64,000 nt of DNA from an uncultured virus (IMG/VR IMGVR_UViG_3300020050_008348) (lineage: Duplodnaviria; Heunggongvirae; Uroviricota; Caudoviricetes): IMG/VR virus record IMGVR_UViG_3300020050_008348; one strand, 5' to 3'. The notes below the pieces were generated by a model that saw only the letters and a program-made list of their open reading frames with translations, was not told the DNA's origin and did no database searches. The position numbers and the translations under genes are program-made. Below, in pieces: positions 21,583 to 30,856 of this stretch (position 1 is the first letter of the stretch; the number at the start of each line of letters is the position of its first letter).

Positions 21583-22592
21583 ATTACTAAGCGTCCATTA
21601 TTTTGAACTACGTTTTGGTCGTATGTCCATTCGTTAGAAAAATCGTGAAACAAATATCTTGTTATCAATTCCTCGAATCCCACTTTGTTCCTCTCGATAT
21701 TTCCATATTTTCCCTCGAATATTGTCTGTTCGCTTAATTCATATATTATTGGTGATGTTAATTTAGCATCTGTTGATTCTACAATAAACTCATAACTTAC
21801 TGTATAATGTGGAAACAGTTTCTTTACTAACTCAATATAACCTACTGCTTGTAAATCATATCTTAACCACTCTAATTGTTTAGGAAACATATTTGAATGT
21901 TTCCATAATGTTTTAACGTCTATAATTGTGATATGATGGTTTTCATCATCAAATACACAAAAATCTAACATACCTTTGTAGATGATACCGTATATCTCTG
22001 CAATTAAACAGAATTGTGGATATACTCTAAGTTTTGGATTAGTTTGTAAGTTTGTCAAATATGCACCTGTATATCTTCCTTCAATAATTCTTTTGTAAGT
22101 AGCTTGTACTACTTGATAACTGATTGTGTCTAATATAATCTTACCATTAGCTGCACACAAAAATTCATAATATTCAATATTCTTCATTAACTCTTTACGA
22201 TGTGATTCTCCGTCTTTCCAATTAGTGTAGAAACCAACTGAATGACAGTAATCCCTTAGCTCACTACTATCAATTAATCGAATATCAATATTATCAATTG
22301 CCAATCCTTGTAGTACAGCATCAGCTTTCTCTCCTGCTTGTTTACCATCAAAATGTATGTATGTTTCTTCAAATTTAGCGTTATCTGTAAGTAACATATC
22401 TACTGCACCACCAATTAGAAAGTGCTTTTTGAGCTTATTTTCTAATCTCTCATCATCTTCTTCCTCATCTACCTTCTCTTTAAATGCTCTCACACTATGA
22501 GATAGTAGTTTTAATGTACTGTAATGTAGTACATTAATATTGTTGTAATCAACCACTTGATTTAAGTGGTTGAGATATGGTTTCATTAGCAT
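21579..22592 (-). CDS. PD-(D/E)XK exonuclease
   Basis: 'HYSTLK', 'G.AVD.LL', 'KGMLD...IIDVKT', 'YDLQA..Y'. Confidence 0.8.
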   Translation of the reverse strand: MLMKPYLNHLNQVVDYNNINVLHYSTLKLLSHSVRAFKEKVDEEEDDERLENKLKKHFLIGGAVDMLLTDNAKFEETYIHFDGKQAGEKADAVLQGLAIDNIDIRLIDSSELRDYCHSVGFYTNWKDGESHRKELMKNIEYYEFLCAANGKIILDTISYQVVQATYKRIIEGRYTGAYLTNLQTNPKLRVYPQFCLIAEIYGIIYKGMLDFCVFDDENHHITIIDVKTLWKHSNMFPKQLEWLRYDLQAVGYIELVKKLFPHYTVSYEFIVESTDAKLTSPIIYELSEQTIFEGKYGNIERNKVGFEELITRYLFHDFSNEWTYDQNVVQNNGRLVI

Positions 22593-23013
22593 ATTTATTG
22601 TCTTTTAAAAGTTGAATACTCCTTTTTATGTTTTCAATAAGATTAATTGGTTCTATAACTTGTATATAACAACCAGCATTATTCTTATCTACTCGATGTG
22701 GTAAGAAATATGGTATGATTAATGTACAATCATCACCTTCTAACCACTCATGTGCTTGCATTGTATCACATACTATTTGAGCAGCGTTGATAAAATCAAA
22801 CTTACGCTTTGTATCTCGCACAAATCCAAATACAATATGATATGGTGGTTGAAATAATACTAATTGCTGTTGAAACAATAATTTATTATCAATCCAAGTT
22901 TGCTTAGTATTCTTCAACCACCTATAACATAACTTACTTGAAACTACTGCACCATGCTTAGTAACAATTTTGCTATTTTTACTACTTGGTGTGTTAAACG
23001 GTATGAATATCAT
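22549..23013 (-). CDS. RusA-like Holliday junction resolvase
   Basis: 'PSSKNSK' and 'RKFDFINAAQIVCD...WLEGDD'. Confidence 0.7.
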   Translation of the reverse strand: MIFIPFNTPSSKNSKIVTKHGAVVSSKLCYRWLKNTKQTWIDNKLLFQQQLVLFQPPYHIVFGFVRDTKRKFDFINAAQIVCDTMQAHEWLEGDDCTLIIPYFLPHRVDKNNAGCYIQVIEPINLIENIKRSIQLLKDNKYANETISQPLKSSG

Positions 23014-23786
23014 ATTAATAACCTTTGTTCGTATTCATCAATAGCATCTTCAAAATCATCAGAGTATTCTTCTTCATAATCAATATCAATTGTTACTGGA
23101 ATATCAATTATTGGTGAATCTGGTACTATTGCTGCAAAAGTATGATATTGTTGCATGTATTCATCCATTGTAATTGCTACTTCACCTATTTCTTGTGTTA
23201 CTACATCAACTGTTTCACCTATTTCAGTAATTACAGGATTGTATTTCAATCTCAAATCATTCAGAATATTATCAACAAGTGTAAAAGTAAGCCTTTTTTT
23301 AGGTAATTCCAATACATTTGATACTGATAATTTCTTGTGTATTACGGCTACATTATGTTCAGCTATTGTACTATCAAGTTTTTTAAATATATGCTGTACT
23401 ATTACATCTTTAGTAGATGCTCTATCAAGATATATCTTGTATAATGATTCATCTGATAGTTTATCATTATTGTATATACTTGCTCTTAAATCACTTTCAT
23501 ACATTAACACCTGTTGAATATTATGTAATCTTAATGGTACTTGTTTATAATCTAACACATCTAATTTTAATATCATTCTTCTTGATATTAAATAGCAATT
23601 AGTTGTACCATTAGATAAAATAACATTAGCACCATCAATTAATACATTTTCAAGATATTTCTTGTATTTAATAGGACTTGTTACACACATGTAGTAAACA
23701 TTAATTAACGATAGTAGTTTAACATTTACTACATTACTACTGATATAATAACCTCGATTTACACTCAACCTTCTAAATATACTCAT
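23010..23786 (-). CDS. Hypothetical protein with an acidic C-terminus, coupled downstream of E1
   Basis: 258-aa ORF overlapping the E1 stop. Confidence 0.6.
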   Translation of the reverse strand: MSIFRRLSVNRGYYISSNVVNVKLLSLINVYYMCVTSPIKYKKYLENVLIDGANVILSNGTTNCYLISRRMILKLDVLDYKQVPLRLHNIQQVLMYESDLRASIYNNDKLSDESLYKIYLDRASTKDVIVQHIFKKLDSTIAEHNVAVIHKKLSVSNVLELPKKRLTFTLVDNILNDLRLKYNPVITEIGETVDVVTQEIGEVAITMDEYMQQYHTFAAIVPDSPIIDIPVTIDIDYEEEYSDDFEDAIDEYEQRLLI

Positions 23787-24456
23787 TCGTAAATGTCATT
23801 GTAGGAATATGTATTTCAACTTTAAATGGCAATAAACGCATTAAAGCATCATTACGACATAACCAGTTAGTAAATAATGATACCATTAATGAACCACATA
23901 TAGTACCGATATGAGGTGTCTGCTTATTAGTACATAATGGTTCACTTGCTTCTTCATCTGAAAATAACCATTTGTTTCGGTATTCTTTTATTTGATGATA
24001 ATTTGAACCATGAATAACAAAGATTCGCATATCTTCACTATTAAGTCTTGCATCAATAAAAACATTACCACCTGTATCTTGTTGTTCTACCCAAGTATTA
24101 AATAATTCTTTTCGTGTTTTCATATTATCAACACATGAAAATACTATTTCAGTAGCACCTTGCTCAGTTATCCACATTTCATTAACACTCAATACTCTAC
24201 AATTAGGATTGAATTTCTGAATTGTATCATTGATAGCTATTACTTTAGGTACACCCACTTGACCATAATCAAATAATTGTGACATATTTACAGCTTCTAC
24301 TGTGTCATTATCAAATATAGTAAATGTAAAACCTAATCTACCTAATTGAAATGCTACATTAGAACCAATACCACCAGCACCGACTACTGTAATATCGCTA
24401 TATGGCTTACCAAACCATTGAACATCTTTATATCTATCACTATTAGCACTTACCAT
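23773..24456 (-). CDS. ThiF/E1-like ubiquitin-activating enzyme
   Basis: GAGGIGS, FD.DTVE..N..Q, CVDN...R, DARL, and candidate catalytic Cys in PLCTNKQT. Confidence 0.9.
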   Translation of the reverse strand: MVSANSDRYKDVQWFGKPYSDITVVGAGGIGSNVAFQLGRLGFTFTIFDNDTVEAVNMSQLFDYGQVGVPKVIAINDTIQKFNPNCRVLSVNEMWITEQGATEIVFSCVDNMKTRKELFNTWVEQQDTGGNVFIDARLNSEDMRIFVIHGSNYHQIKEYRNKWLFSDEEASEPLCTNKQTPHIGTICGSLMVSLFTNWLCRNDALMRLLPFKVEIHIPTMTFTNEYI

Positions 24457-25631
24457 TTTTGTATTGGGTCTTTATCAGCGTTAAAAATATAGTTTTGCAA
24501 TCCTGTAACAATAGCTTTAATTTTAGGTTTTTTAACATTAGGTGTTAATAACTCTATTGTTTTAGCTACTAATTGATTTTGAGCATTTAAATCTAAATCA
24601 CCAAAGATTAAATTAGCTGCTTCAAGAAATTCATCTTCAACAGATATGACAATTTCACCAGCTTTGATAGATTTATCGTTAATAAGATTACCTAACATTT
24701 GCTCTAATGTAAGTGTATCATCTTCTTGTAGTAATGCTGCAAGAAATTCAACTATATTATCATCATCTATTTCAACTGGTTCACTTGTTAATGTGTCAAA
24801 TGGACTAAATACATCTTGTGAAATAGGTGGAAATGTTGAAGTTGATTGCTGAAATAATGTAGGATTGCTGGGAGTACTGAAACTTCCACCTCTATTAGTA
24901 ATAGTGGGAATCAAAGCTGGTTTATGAATTGGAACTTTGTTACTTAGTACAGTAGCTAATCTTTCTTCATATTTTTTAGGTATATTCATTACAATATCAC
25001 TAACAATATCAAAATCAACTGTAATTAATTTTTTCTTTTTAACCAAGTTGATAGCTACTGGTTTCAAATCATTTTGATTAAGTGATGTACTATATGTAAT
25101 ATTACTCTCTACATCACCTACAAATGCTAATTTACAAGTCATTTCTGATTTGTTATTCACTATTAATGATACATAGAAAAGACTTAACGGTGCTACATCA
25201 TTCAATTCTGAAATATCCTCATTAGAGAAAAATACATTCATGTTGTTATGACTGTGACAAAGCCCAGTAAAGCAATCTAATAAACCTTCTCTCATTTGAT
25301 AACCTATAATACTTGCATCTGTTGTAAACTCTGTATGTCCAGATGTACCGATATCCATTAAATAAATATCAATTGGTGTAACAATAATTGAGTTAATATC
25401 ACTAAAACTACCTTCCATACGATAAAACATAATACCGCTCCACTCTACTGCTTTGTTTTTAGCACAAAAAAACTCAAATATAGCTTGAAATTCTTTTGTA
25501 ATAACAAGTGTTGGTGTCTTACCTGTGACTAATAAATGTTCTAATGTAGGTAATTTAGCTTGTTGTCTTGCAGTATTATCAATACCTGTATTTATTGGTG
25601 TGTTAAACTGATTGTACTTGCTGATTGACAT
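24450..25631 (-). CDS. JAB/MPN metallo-isopeptidase
   Basis: EWSG...HSHNNMNVFFSNED, the JAMM-type E...HxH...S..D motif. Confidence 0.85.
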   Translation of the reverse strand: MSISKYNQFNTPINTGIDNTARQQAKLPTLEHLLVTGKTPTLVITKEFQAIFEFFCAKNKAVEWSGIMFYRMEGSFSDINSIIVTPIDIYLMDIGTSGHTEFTTDASIIGYQMREGLLDCFTGLCHSHNNMNVFFSNEDISELNDVAPLSLFYVSLIVNNKSEMTCKLAFVGDVESNITYSTSLNQNDLKPVAINLVKKKKLITVDFDIVSDIVMNIPKKYEERLATVLSNKVPIHKPALIPTITNRGGSFSTPSNPTLFQQSTSTFPPISQDVFSPFDTLTSEPVEIDDDNIVEFLAALLQEDDTLTLEQMLGNLINDKSIKAGEIVISVEDEFLEAANLIFGDLDLNAQNQLVAKTIELLTPNVKKPKIKAIVTGLQNYIFNADKDPIQKW

Positions 25632-26544
25632 ATTGATTTATTTTCTTTTCAAATGCGTTAATGAATAAACTCCGATAGTATTTCGGTAGTTTTAATTTAG
25701 TTGGTAAATCTACTATCTGACTTGATAACCATTTACCTTTAAAAATTACTTGTTTTTCTCTGATAATTTTACTATCTGGTAATCTATTATCAATAAGTTG
25801 AGATAATCTTCTACGAAATATCTTTTGTACACAAGCATCATCATCTAATATAGTATCTAACTTTTCAGTATCGCCTACTTCAATCCAATTATTATTAATA
25901 CTATAATCAAATGGAATGGTGAGTAATTCTTCATCTATATCTGGTGTAATAGAACTATAATTATTTGAATTATTACGTCCTACACTATTCATACGGATAT
26001 GTGGTGTACCTTCTATACTTTCGTGTATTAAATAAGTATCAATAGTAAACGCAAGTAATTCAATTTCTTCAAAAGTAATACCATTATACTTACTTCTTAA
26101 ATCCATTAATCGTAATTTTAATGGACTTGAACCCATACAGAACTTATTAATATCAAAACTTGATGATGACGGTAAGTGACTATGTATATAACTCACTCTA
26201 TATTCAGCTAATGAATATGTTGTTCTACAACCTTTTGCTTCTAAATCAGTATTAAGTAAAAAGTATAAATCATACATAATATGTTTTTCACCTTCTACAT
26301 TAGTGATTGTTATTTGCGGATAATATATAACTACATAAAACTCATCTTTACCAATACATATAAAATCTACACGATTGTCATATATCTTTAGTAAATGATT
26401 ATAGATAGCGTATAATCGTTTTATCTTATTCCAATTATTAGTAGTCTTTAAATAACCTACTATCTCAGTATCTTTGTACCATTCTGGTCTAACAATTGAT
26501 AAATCTGTATCGTATGTTAATCCATAGTAATCTGAATATGTCAT
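25603..26544 (-). CDS. Prokaryotic E2-like (UBC-fold) conjugating enzyme
   Basis: 'YIHSHL...FCMG..P' resembles the E2 HPN/HPH...C-x-G signature; sits between the Ubl and JAB genes. Confidence 0.65.
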   Translation of the reverse strand: MTYSDYYGLTYDTDLSIVRPEWYKDTEIVGYLKTTNNWNKIKRLYAIYNHLLKIYDNRVDFICIGKDEFYVVIYYPQITITNVEGEKHIMYDLYFLLNTDLEAKGCRTTYSLAEYRVSYIHSHLPSSSSFDINKFCMGSSPLKLRLMDLRSKYNGITFEEIELLAFTIDTYLIHESIEGTPHIRMNSVGRNNSNNYSSITPDIDEELLTIPFDYSINNNWIEVGDTEKLDTILDDDACVQKIFRRRLSQLIDNRLPDSKIIREKQVIFKGKWLSSQIVDLPTKLKLPKYYRSLFINAFEKKINQYVNQQVQSV

Positions 26545-26555
26545 TGATTAAAATT

Positions 26556-26588
26556 AAAAAGCCTGTTACCATTACAGCAACAGGCTTT
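26556..26588 (-). terminator. Intrinsic terminator/attenuator after the Ubl gene
   Basis: AAAGCCTGTTGC...GTAACAGGCTTTTT. Confidence 0.65.
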
Positions 26589-26606
26589 ATTAATAAATTT
26601 AGGTTA

Positions 26607-27515
26607 TTAGCATCTGCTATTTGGAATAGCTTTACATACTGAATAGTAGTCTTGACGTAAACTTGCAAGATATTCATTAAACGTATATACTGTTTCTTCA
26701 ATTGCAGCTTTAGTAGTAACTTCTTCAACTACTGCATCTGGTAGTGATTCAACAATAGCACGTACACTTGTAAATACTGTTTCCAAGCTATTAAGTGCAG
26801 CAACCAATTGTGCTTTAGTATTTCCCACTAATACAGATACTTGTGGAGCTTCACTAATCTCAGCAGCAACAGTTTCACTAACTACTTTAGCTTCTTTAAC
26901 TTTAGGTTCAGTTTTCTTAGCTTTCGGTTTAACCTCTACTTTTACTGTTTCAGCTTTTTTAGTCTTAGATGTTTTTACTGCTTCAACAACTACTGCAACA
27001 GCTTCTTTCACTTTCTTAGCTGCTTTTGGCTTACTTGTAGTAGCTTCAAACTTAGTATAAAGGTCTAACAATACTTCTGTTTTCAACATATTATACTGTT
27101 TACCATCTACTGTAAAGTAGTCTTTAGCTGATTGACCTTTTTCAGTAATGATAGCTTTTACTTTACTTACCAATTCATTACGAGTAAATGTACTACCAGC
27201 TTTTGACATAATAGGAATAGCATAAAGTCCAAGAGTTGCTTTTTGTGTTTTACTATCAACATCAATAACCAATCTTGCTTTATCTACTGGCAAAGCTGCG
27301 TTTGGGGTTACAAGCTGAGTTTGTGTTTCAGCTATAATGAGGTTGTATTTGCTAATATCTTGTGGAAGATACTGCATAATGTACGGTTTAATGTCCTCTA
27401 ATGTTTTCACATTAAGACCTTCTGGTAAGACAATCATTTGTGGTTGTCCATTAACGTTAAGTGCAATTTGCTGTAACTTTTTAGGGTTACCGTTGCTGTT
27501 GTTTACTGATTCCAT
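26607..27515 (-). CDS. Ubiquitin-like precursor (N-terminal beta-grasp-like domain ending SKAG) with helical and Lys/Ala-rich extension
   Basis: N-terminal ~107 aa with a beta-beta-alpha-beta pattern ending 'AIPIMSKAG'; first gene of the E2-JAB-E1 block. Confidence 0.6.
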   Translation of the reverse strand: MESVNNSNGNPKKLQQIALNVNGQPQMIVLPEGLNVKTLEDIKPYIMQYLPQDISKYNLIIAETQTQLVTPNAALPVDKARLVIDVDSKTQKATLGLYAIPIMSKAGSTFTRNELVSKVKAIITEKGQSAKDYFTVDGKQYNMLKTEVLLDLYTKFEATTSKPKAAKKVKEAVAVVVEAVKTSKTKKAETVKVEVKPKAKKTEPKVKEAKVVSETVAAEISEAPQVSVLVGNTKAQLVAALNSLETVFTSVRAIVESLPDAVVEEVTTKAAIEETVYTFNEYLASLRQDYYSVCKAIPNSRC

Positions 27516-27563
27516 TGTTAATAAATATTTATTAATTAATTAAAAAATAAAACGTTTTCTACT

Positions 27564-28244
27564 TTACCATTTGATTTCGTATGAAGCACCATTACTTCTA
27601 CGGATATTCTTATTAATCTTTACAAATACCTTAGTACCATAAAAACCATTTGTTACTGTATTCTTACCAGTAAATTCTACTATTGGGTGAGCTGTTGCAT
27701 ACACCCAATGATGCTTTGTGTTAATGTGTACAGCTAATTCTTTAGCTTTATCACCCCATAATACAAACTGTAATCCTGTTCGTTCTGTTGCAATAATTTT
27801 TACAAGTTCTTCTGTAAACCAATCCCATTGTTTATAATGTATATCTGGTTTATCAATTTCACATGTAAAACATCTGTTAATTAAAAAGACTCCTTGTTGT
27901 AGCCAAGAAGTCAATGTAGGTTCAAGAACACAATCTTCATAATTATGTTCTAACTCTGTTTGTATAATATGTAGTGTATGTGTTATGTTCTGTCCTCTCG
28001 GAACACCAAATGCTATTCCACTATTATAGTCATTAGAAGGATATGGATATTCACCGACTATTACTACTCGTATATCAGATATACTCATTCTAAAGATTTT
28101 GAATATATCTTCATTTTCTATTGGGCATCTATTAGCTTTATTCATTATTATTTGCAGTATAGGTTTGAATCTACTATCATTAAATAATGTTTGAATAAAT
28201 GGATGCCAAGATTTGTGCATTTTACTTGGTAGTGGTATGTTCAT
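27564..28244 (-). CDS. ung: Uracil-DNA glycosylase family 1 (divergent catalytic motifs)
   Basis: 'IRVVIVGEYPYP...GIAF', 'W..QGVFLIN', 'FVLWG..A', 'HP'. Confidence 0.85.
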   Translation of the reverse strand: MNIPLPSKMHKSWHPFIQTLFNDSRFKPILQIIMNKANRCPIENEDIFKIFRMSISDIRVVIVGEYPYPSNDYNSGIAFGVPRGQNITHTLHIIQTELEHNYEDCVLEPTLTSWLQQGVFLINRCFTCEIDKPDIHYKQWDWFTEELVKIIATERTGLQFVLWGDKAKELAVHINTKHHWVYATAHPIVEFTGKNTVTNGFYGTKVFVKINKNIRRSNGASYEIKW

Positions 28245-28853
28245 ACTCTTTATATTTAATATATAGTCGTGCTACTGCTTCATCAACATTTCTATCATCA
28301 AAGTCTATTTTTATAAATGGCTGCATTCCAACCCAATGATAATACCCTATATTATTGAAGTTTATTATAAAACTATATTCTTTTAAATACGGTAGTTCTT
28401 TAAAAATTTCTTGAAAAGTCGGAACTTTTAAATAATTACCACTTTGTAAATTCGGAAAACCAACTTCATGTAATAATGTAACTGTTTCATGTGATATTGC
28501 CATGTTATATTTTATTTAGTTGTTGTACGTTTATCGTATTCTGTTACATTTAAATCACGAATCCATAATAAAGCTAATGATTCAACAACATTACCATCAT
28601 TAATTATTTCACGTATTGAAAGATAGTCATAATGTAAAGCTACCATTGTTTTATTTAACTTTACAAATGCTTTATGAAAAGGTAATTGTCTCCATACTTC
28701 TTCAAATGATGGTGCTGCTATACTACCTTCTACTGGAAAGTTTAAATCATTCAATATAATAGCCCAACCATTATCAGTATTTTCATAATGAAGTAATGTA
28801 TCTTGTGGGAATCCTAATTCTTTTAACTTAGTTGCTGTTTCTAATGTTATCAT
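28222..28853 (-). CDS. Two tandem paralogous hypothetical proteins (28222-28503 and 28512-28853)
   Basis: Shared ET...L.E.GFP, P.F.E....LP and C-terminal L.I...TTK patterns. Confidence 0.65.
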
Positions 28854-28934
28854 GTTAATTTAAGTTTTATAAGTGTATTTCCCACTAAGATAAGTAATAG
28901 TGGAGCTTAGTGTAAACAGCATCACCTATATTTA

Positions 28935-29906
28935 TTAGTGGGAAACACCAATTAATTGCTGTAATTGTGACATAAGATTCTCACTACCAAAACGTACATA
29001 CGTTTCAGCAGAATCTTTTGCTTGCTTATCTAATTTTATTGAATTTACATTACATGATTTGTAATGTTTGATGTGATTGACTAATTTATCAGAACTTAGT
29101 ATTCCTGCGTTGTCGTTGTCATATAGTACAAATATATTGTTATACATTCGTACTATCTCGTTAATAGTTTCTTCATTTGGTAGTTGTCCTTCGTTTGGTG
29201 TCCATATACAGTTGTAGCCTAAATTACGTATAACTCTACTGTCTTTGTATGATTTAGTAATAATTAATCTATCATCTGTAAAATCATCAAGAAAGCCGTG
29301 ATTTCCTATATCGTTGTTGCTACATGTAGTAATCCACTTTTCATCTGTCCATAATGGATTATAAATCTTTACTCCTGTTAATTGTAAAGCATAACTAATA
29401 CTATTAGAATGATTTACTACTGTTTTACTGTAATTCTTCTTTTTTGTATAGCTCTGTACTGAATATACATTATCAGAATCTAATTGCCATGTTGATATAC
29501 CATATCTTGACCAATATATTTTGTCTAATTCTGTCCAATTACGAGTAGTGTATGTTAAGTCAAATTTAACTTTCTCTTTTACTGTGTGTTGCTGTTGCTG
29601 AATTGTATGATTTATAGTACTATCGAAATAATATAAATCATATAGTATTTCTAATGCTGTTGGTAAATTGCAATTATGTACTAATTGGCACATACCTATT
29701 ACATCAATGTTTTGAGCTGTTGCCCAATCAATAAATCTTAACTTACCTTGAAACCACTCAAAATAGCAATTAGGGTGTCTATCATTTCTAAATGGTGAAC
29801 ATATTTTTTGATGTTCAGTAGGTGTGAGATTTATAAGTTTTTGTATTAATAGTGATTGGTCAAGTTTGAGTATTTGACTAATCGTTTTTCGTGTGGAATA
29901 TAGCAT
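28935..29906 (-). CDS. DNA primase (Toprim)
   Basis: 'CSPFRNDRHPNC' N-terminal domain, 'IITKSYKD', 'LYDNDNAG', 'KD'. Confidence 0.85.
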   Translation of the reverse strand: MLYSTRKTISQILKLDQSLLIQKLINLTPTEHQKICSPFRNDRHPNCYFEWFQGKLRFIDWATAQNIDVIGMCQLVHNCNLPTALEILYDLYYFDSTINHTIQQQQHTVKEKVKFDLTYTTRNWTELDKIYWSRYGISTWQLDSDNVYSVQSYTKKKNYSKTVVNHSNSISYALQLTGVKIYNPLWTDEKWITTCSNNDIGNHGFLDDFTDDRLIITKSYKDSRVIRNLGYNCIWTPNEGQLPNEETINEIVRMYNNIFVLYDNDNAGILSSDKLVNHIKHYKSCNVNSIKLDKQAKDSAETYVRFGSENLMSQLQQLIGVSH

Positions 29907-29936
29907 ATTTCAGTAAATTTAGACCACAAAATTAAT

Positions 29937-29976
29937 AAAAAAGCTGCCTATTCGGTTAAAAATAGACAGCTTTTTA
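29937..29976 (-). terminator. Intrinsic terminator
   Basis: AAAAAAGCTGCCTATT...AATAGACAGCTTTTTT. Confidence 0.7.
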
Positions 29977-29994
29977 TAAAAAGATATACGAAGA

Positions 29995-30768
29995 TTAATA
30001 CTGCAATCCTGCAATATCTTCTGCTGATGCTGTTGGATTAGCTGCTGATGTAGCTTCACCATTAGTTAGCATTTTAGCTGCATTTGATTGCATAAACCAG
30101 CCATTTCTAATAAAACGGTGAGTTGTACCATCTTCACGAACATAAGATAACGCTTTTACATCTTCTTTAGCTGCATTAACTTTTTTAACTTCTGTGTATT
30201 CACCTTCCATAGCAGGAACAATAAATAAACCAGAACGTAAGTCTTTAGGCATCTTTAAATAAGTACGAGTAGCATCTGCTCTTAATGAACCTTCATACTG
30301 CAAAAACACATCAAGTTTAATAGTAGCATAGTTCTTTGGTAACAGTTTAATGAATGTATTTACTACTTCACTAAATACCAATGGTTTACCACTAAACAAT
30401 GGTGTGATTGCTGCATTAATAGCTGCTGGTGTTACACCTAATGCTTCCATTAAATGACCGAGTGGTTCAATTACATTAGTAATCAATCCTTTCTTAAAGC
30501 CTGCTGGTGAATCATCAAGTACACTATCTTTACCTTTTTTAACATATACACCTTTTGGTGGCATAATACGGTGACTAAATTCTTTATCACCAAACATAAA
30601 CTTCATGTCAACTGCTTCAACTGGCATTTCTGCTGTCGAGTTTTCACCACGACAATCTGCTGAATAAGTTAGTGAGTTTAATACAGCTCCTTTATTCAGT
30701 CCAAAAACTAAACTTGCTGCTTGACTTACGATTTGTTCACTACCTCCATAAACATAACCTTGTTCCAT
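29995..30768 (-). CDS. Putative single-stranded DNA-binding/replication accessory protein
   Basis: Located between the AAA ATPase and primase as in crAss-like replication modules; assignment is from context only. Confidence 0.45.
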   Translation of the reverse strand: MEQGYVYGGSEQIVSQAASLVFGLNKGAVLNSLTYSADCRGENSTAEMPVEAVDMKFMFGDKEFSHRIMPPKGVYVKKGKDSVLDDSPAGFKKGLITNVIEPLGHLMEALGVTPAAINAAITPLFSGKPLVFSEVVNTFIKLLPKNYATIKLDVFLQYEGSLRADATRTYLKMPKDLRSGLFIVPAMEGEYTEVKKVNAAKEDVKALSYVREDGTTHRFIRNGWFMQSNAAKMLTNGEATSAANPTASAEDIAGLQY

Positions 30769-30797
30769 GTTTCTTCTATTTTTATTAATTAAGTGAT

Positions 30798-30829
30798 AAA
30801 AAAAGCCTACTACTGAATGTAATAGGCTT
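30798..30829 (-). terminator. Intrinsic terminator
   Basis: AAGCCTATTAC...GTAGTAGGC followed by a T-tract. Confidence 0.65.
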
Positions 30830-30856
30830 AAAATTCTTTACTGAAATAGAGGACGA

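Noticed and set aside
23773..24456. ThiF as a thiamine or molybdopterin biosynthesis gene
   Set aside because: No thiS/thiG/moa genes nearby; the neighbours are JAB, E2-like and Ubl-like genes
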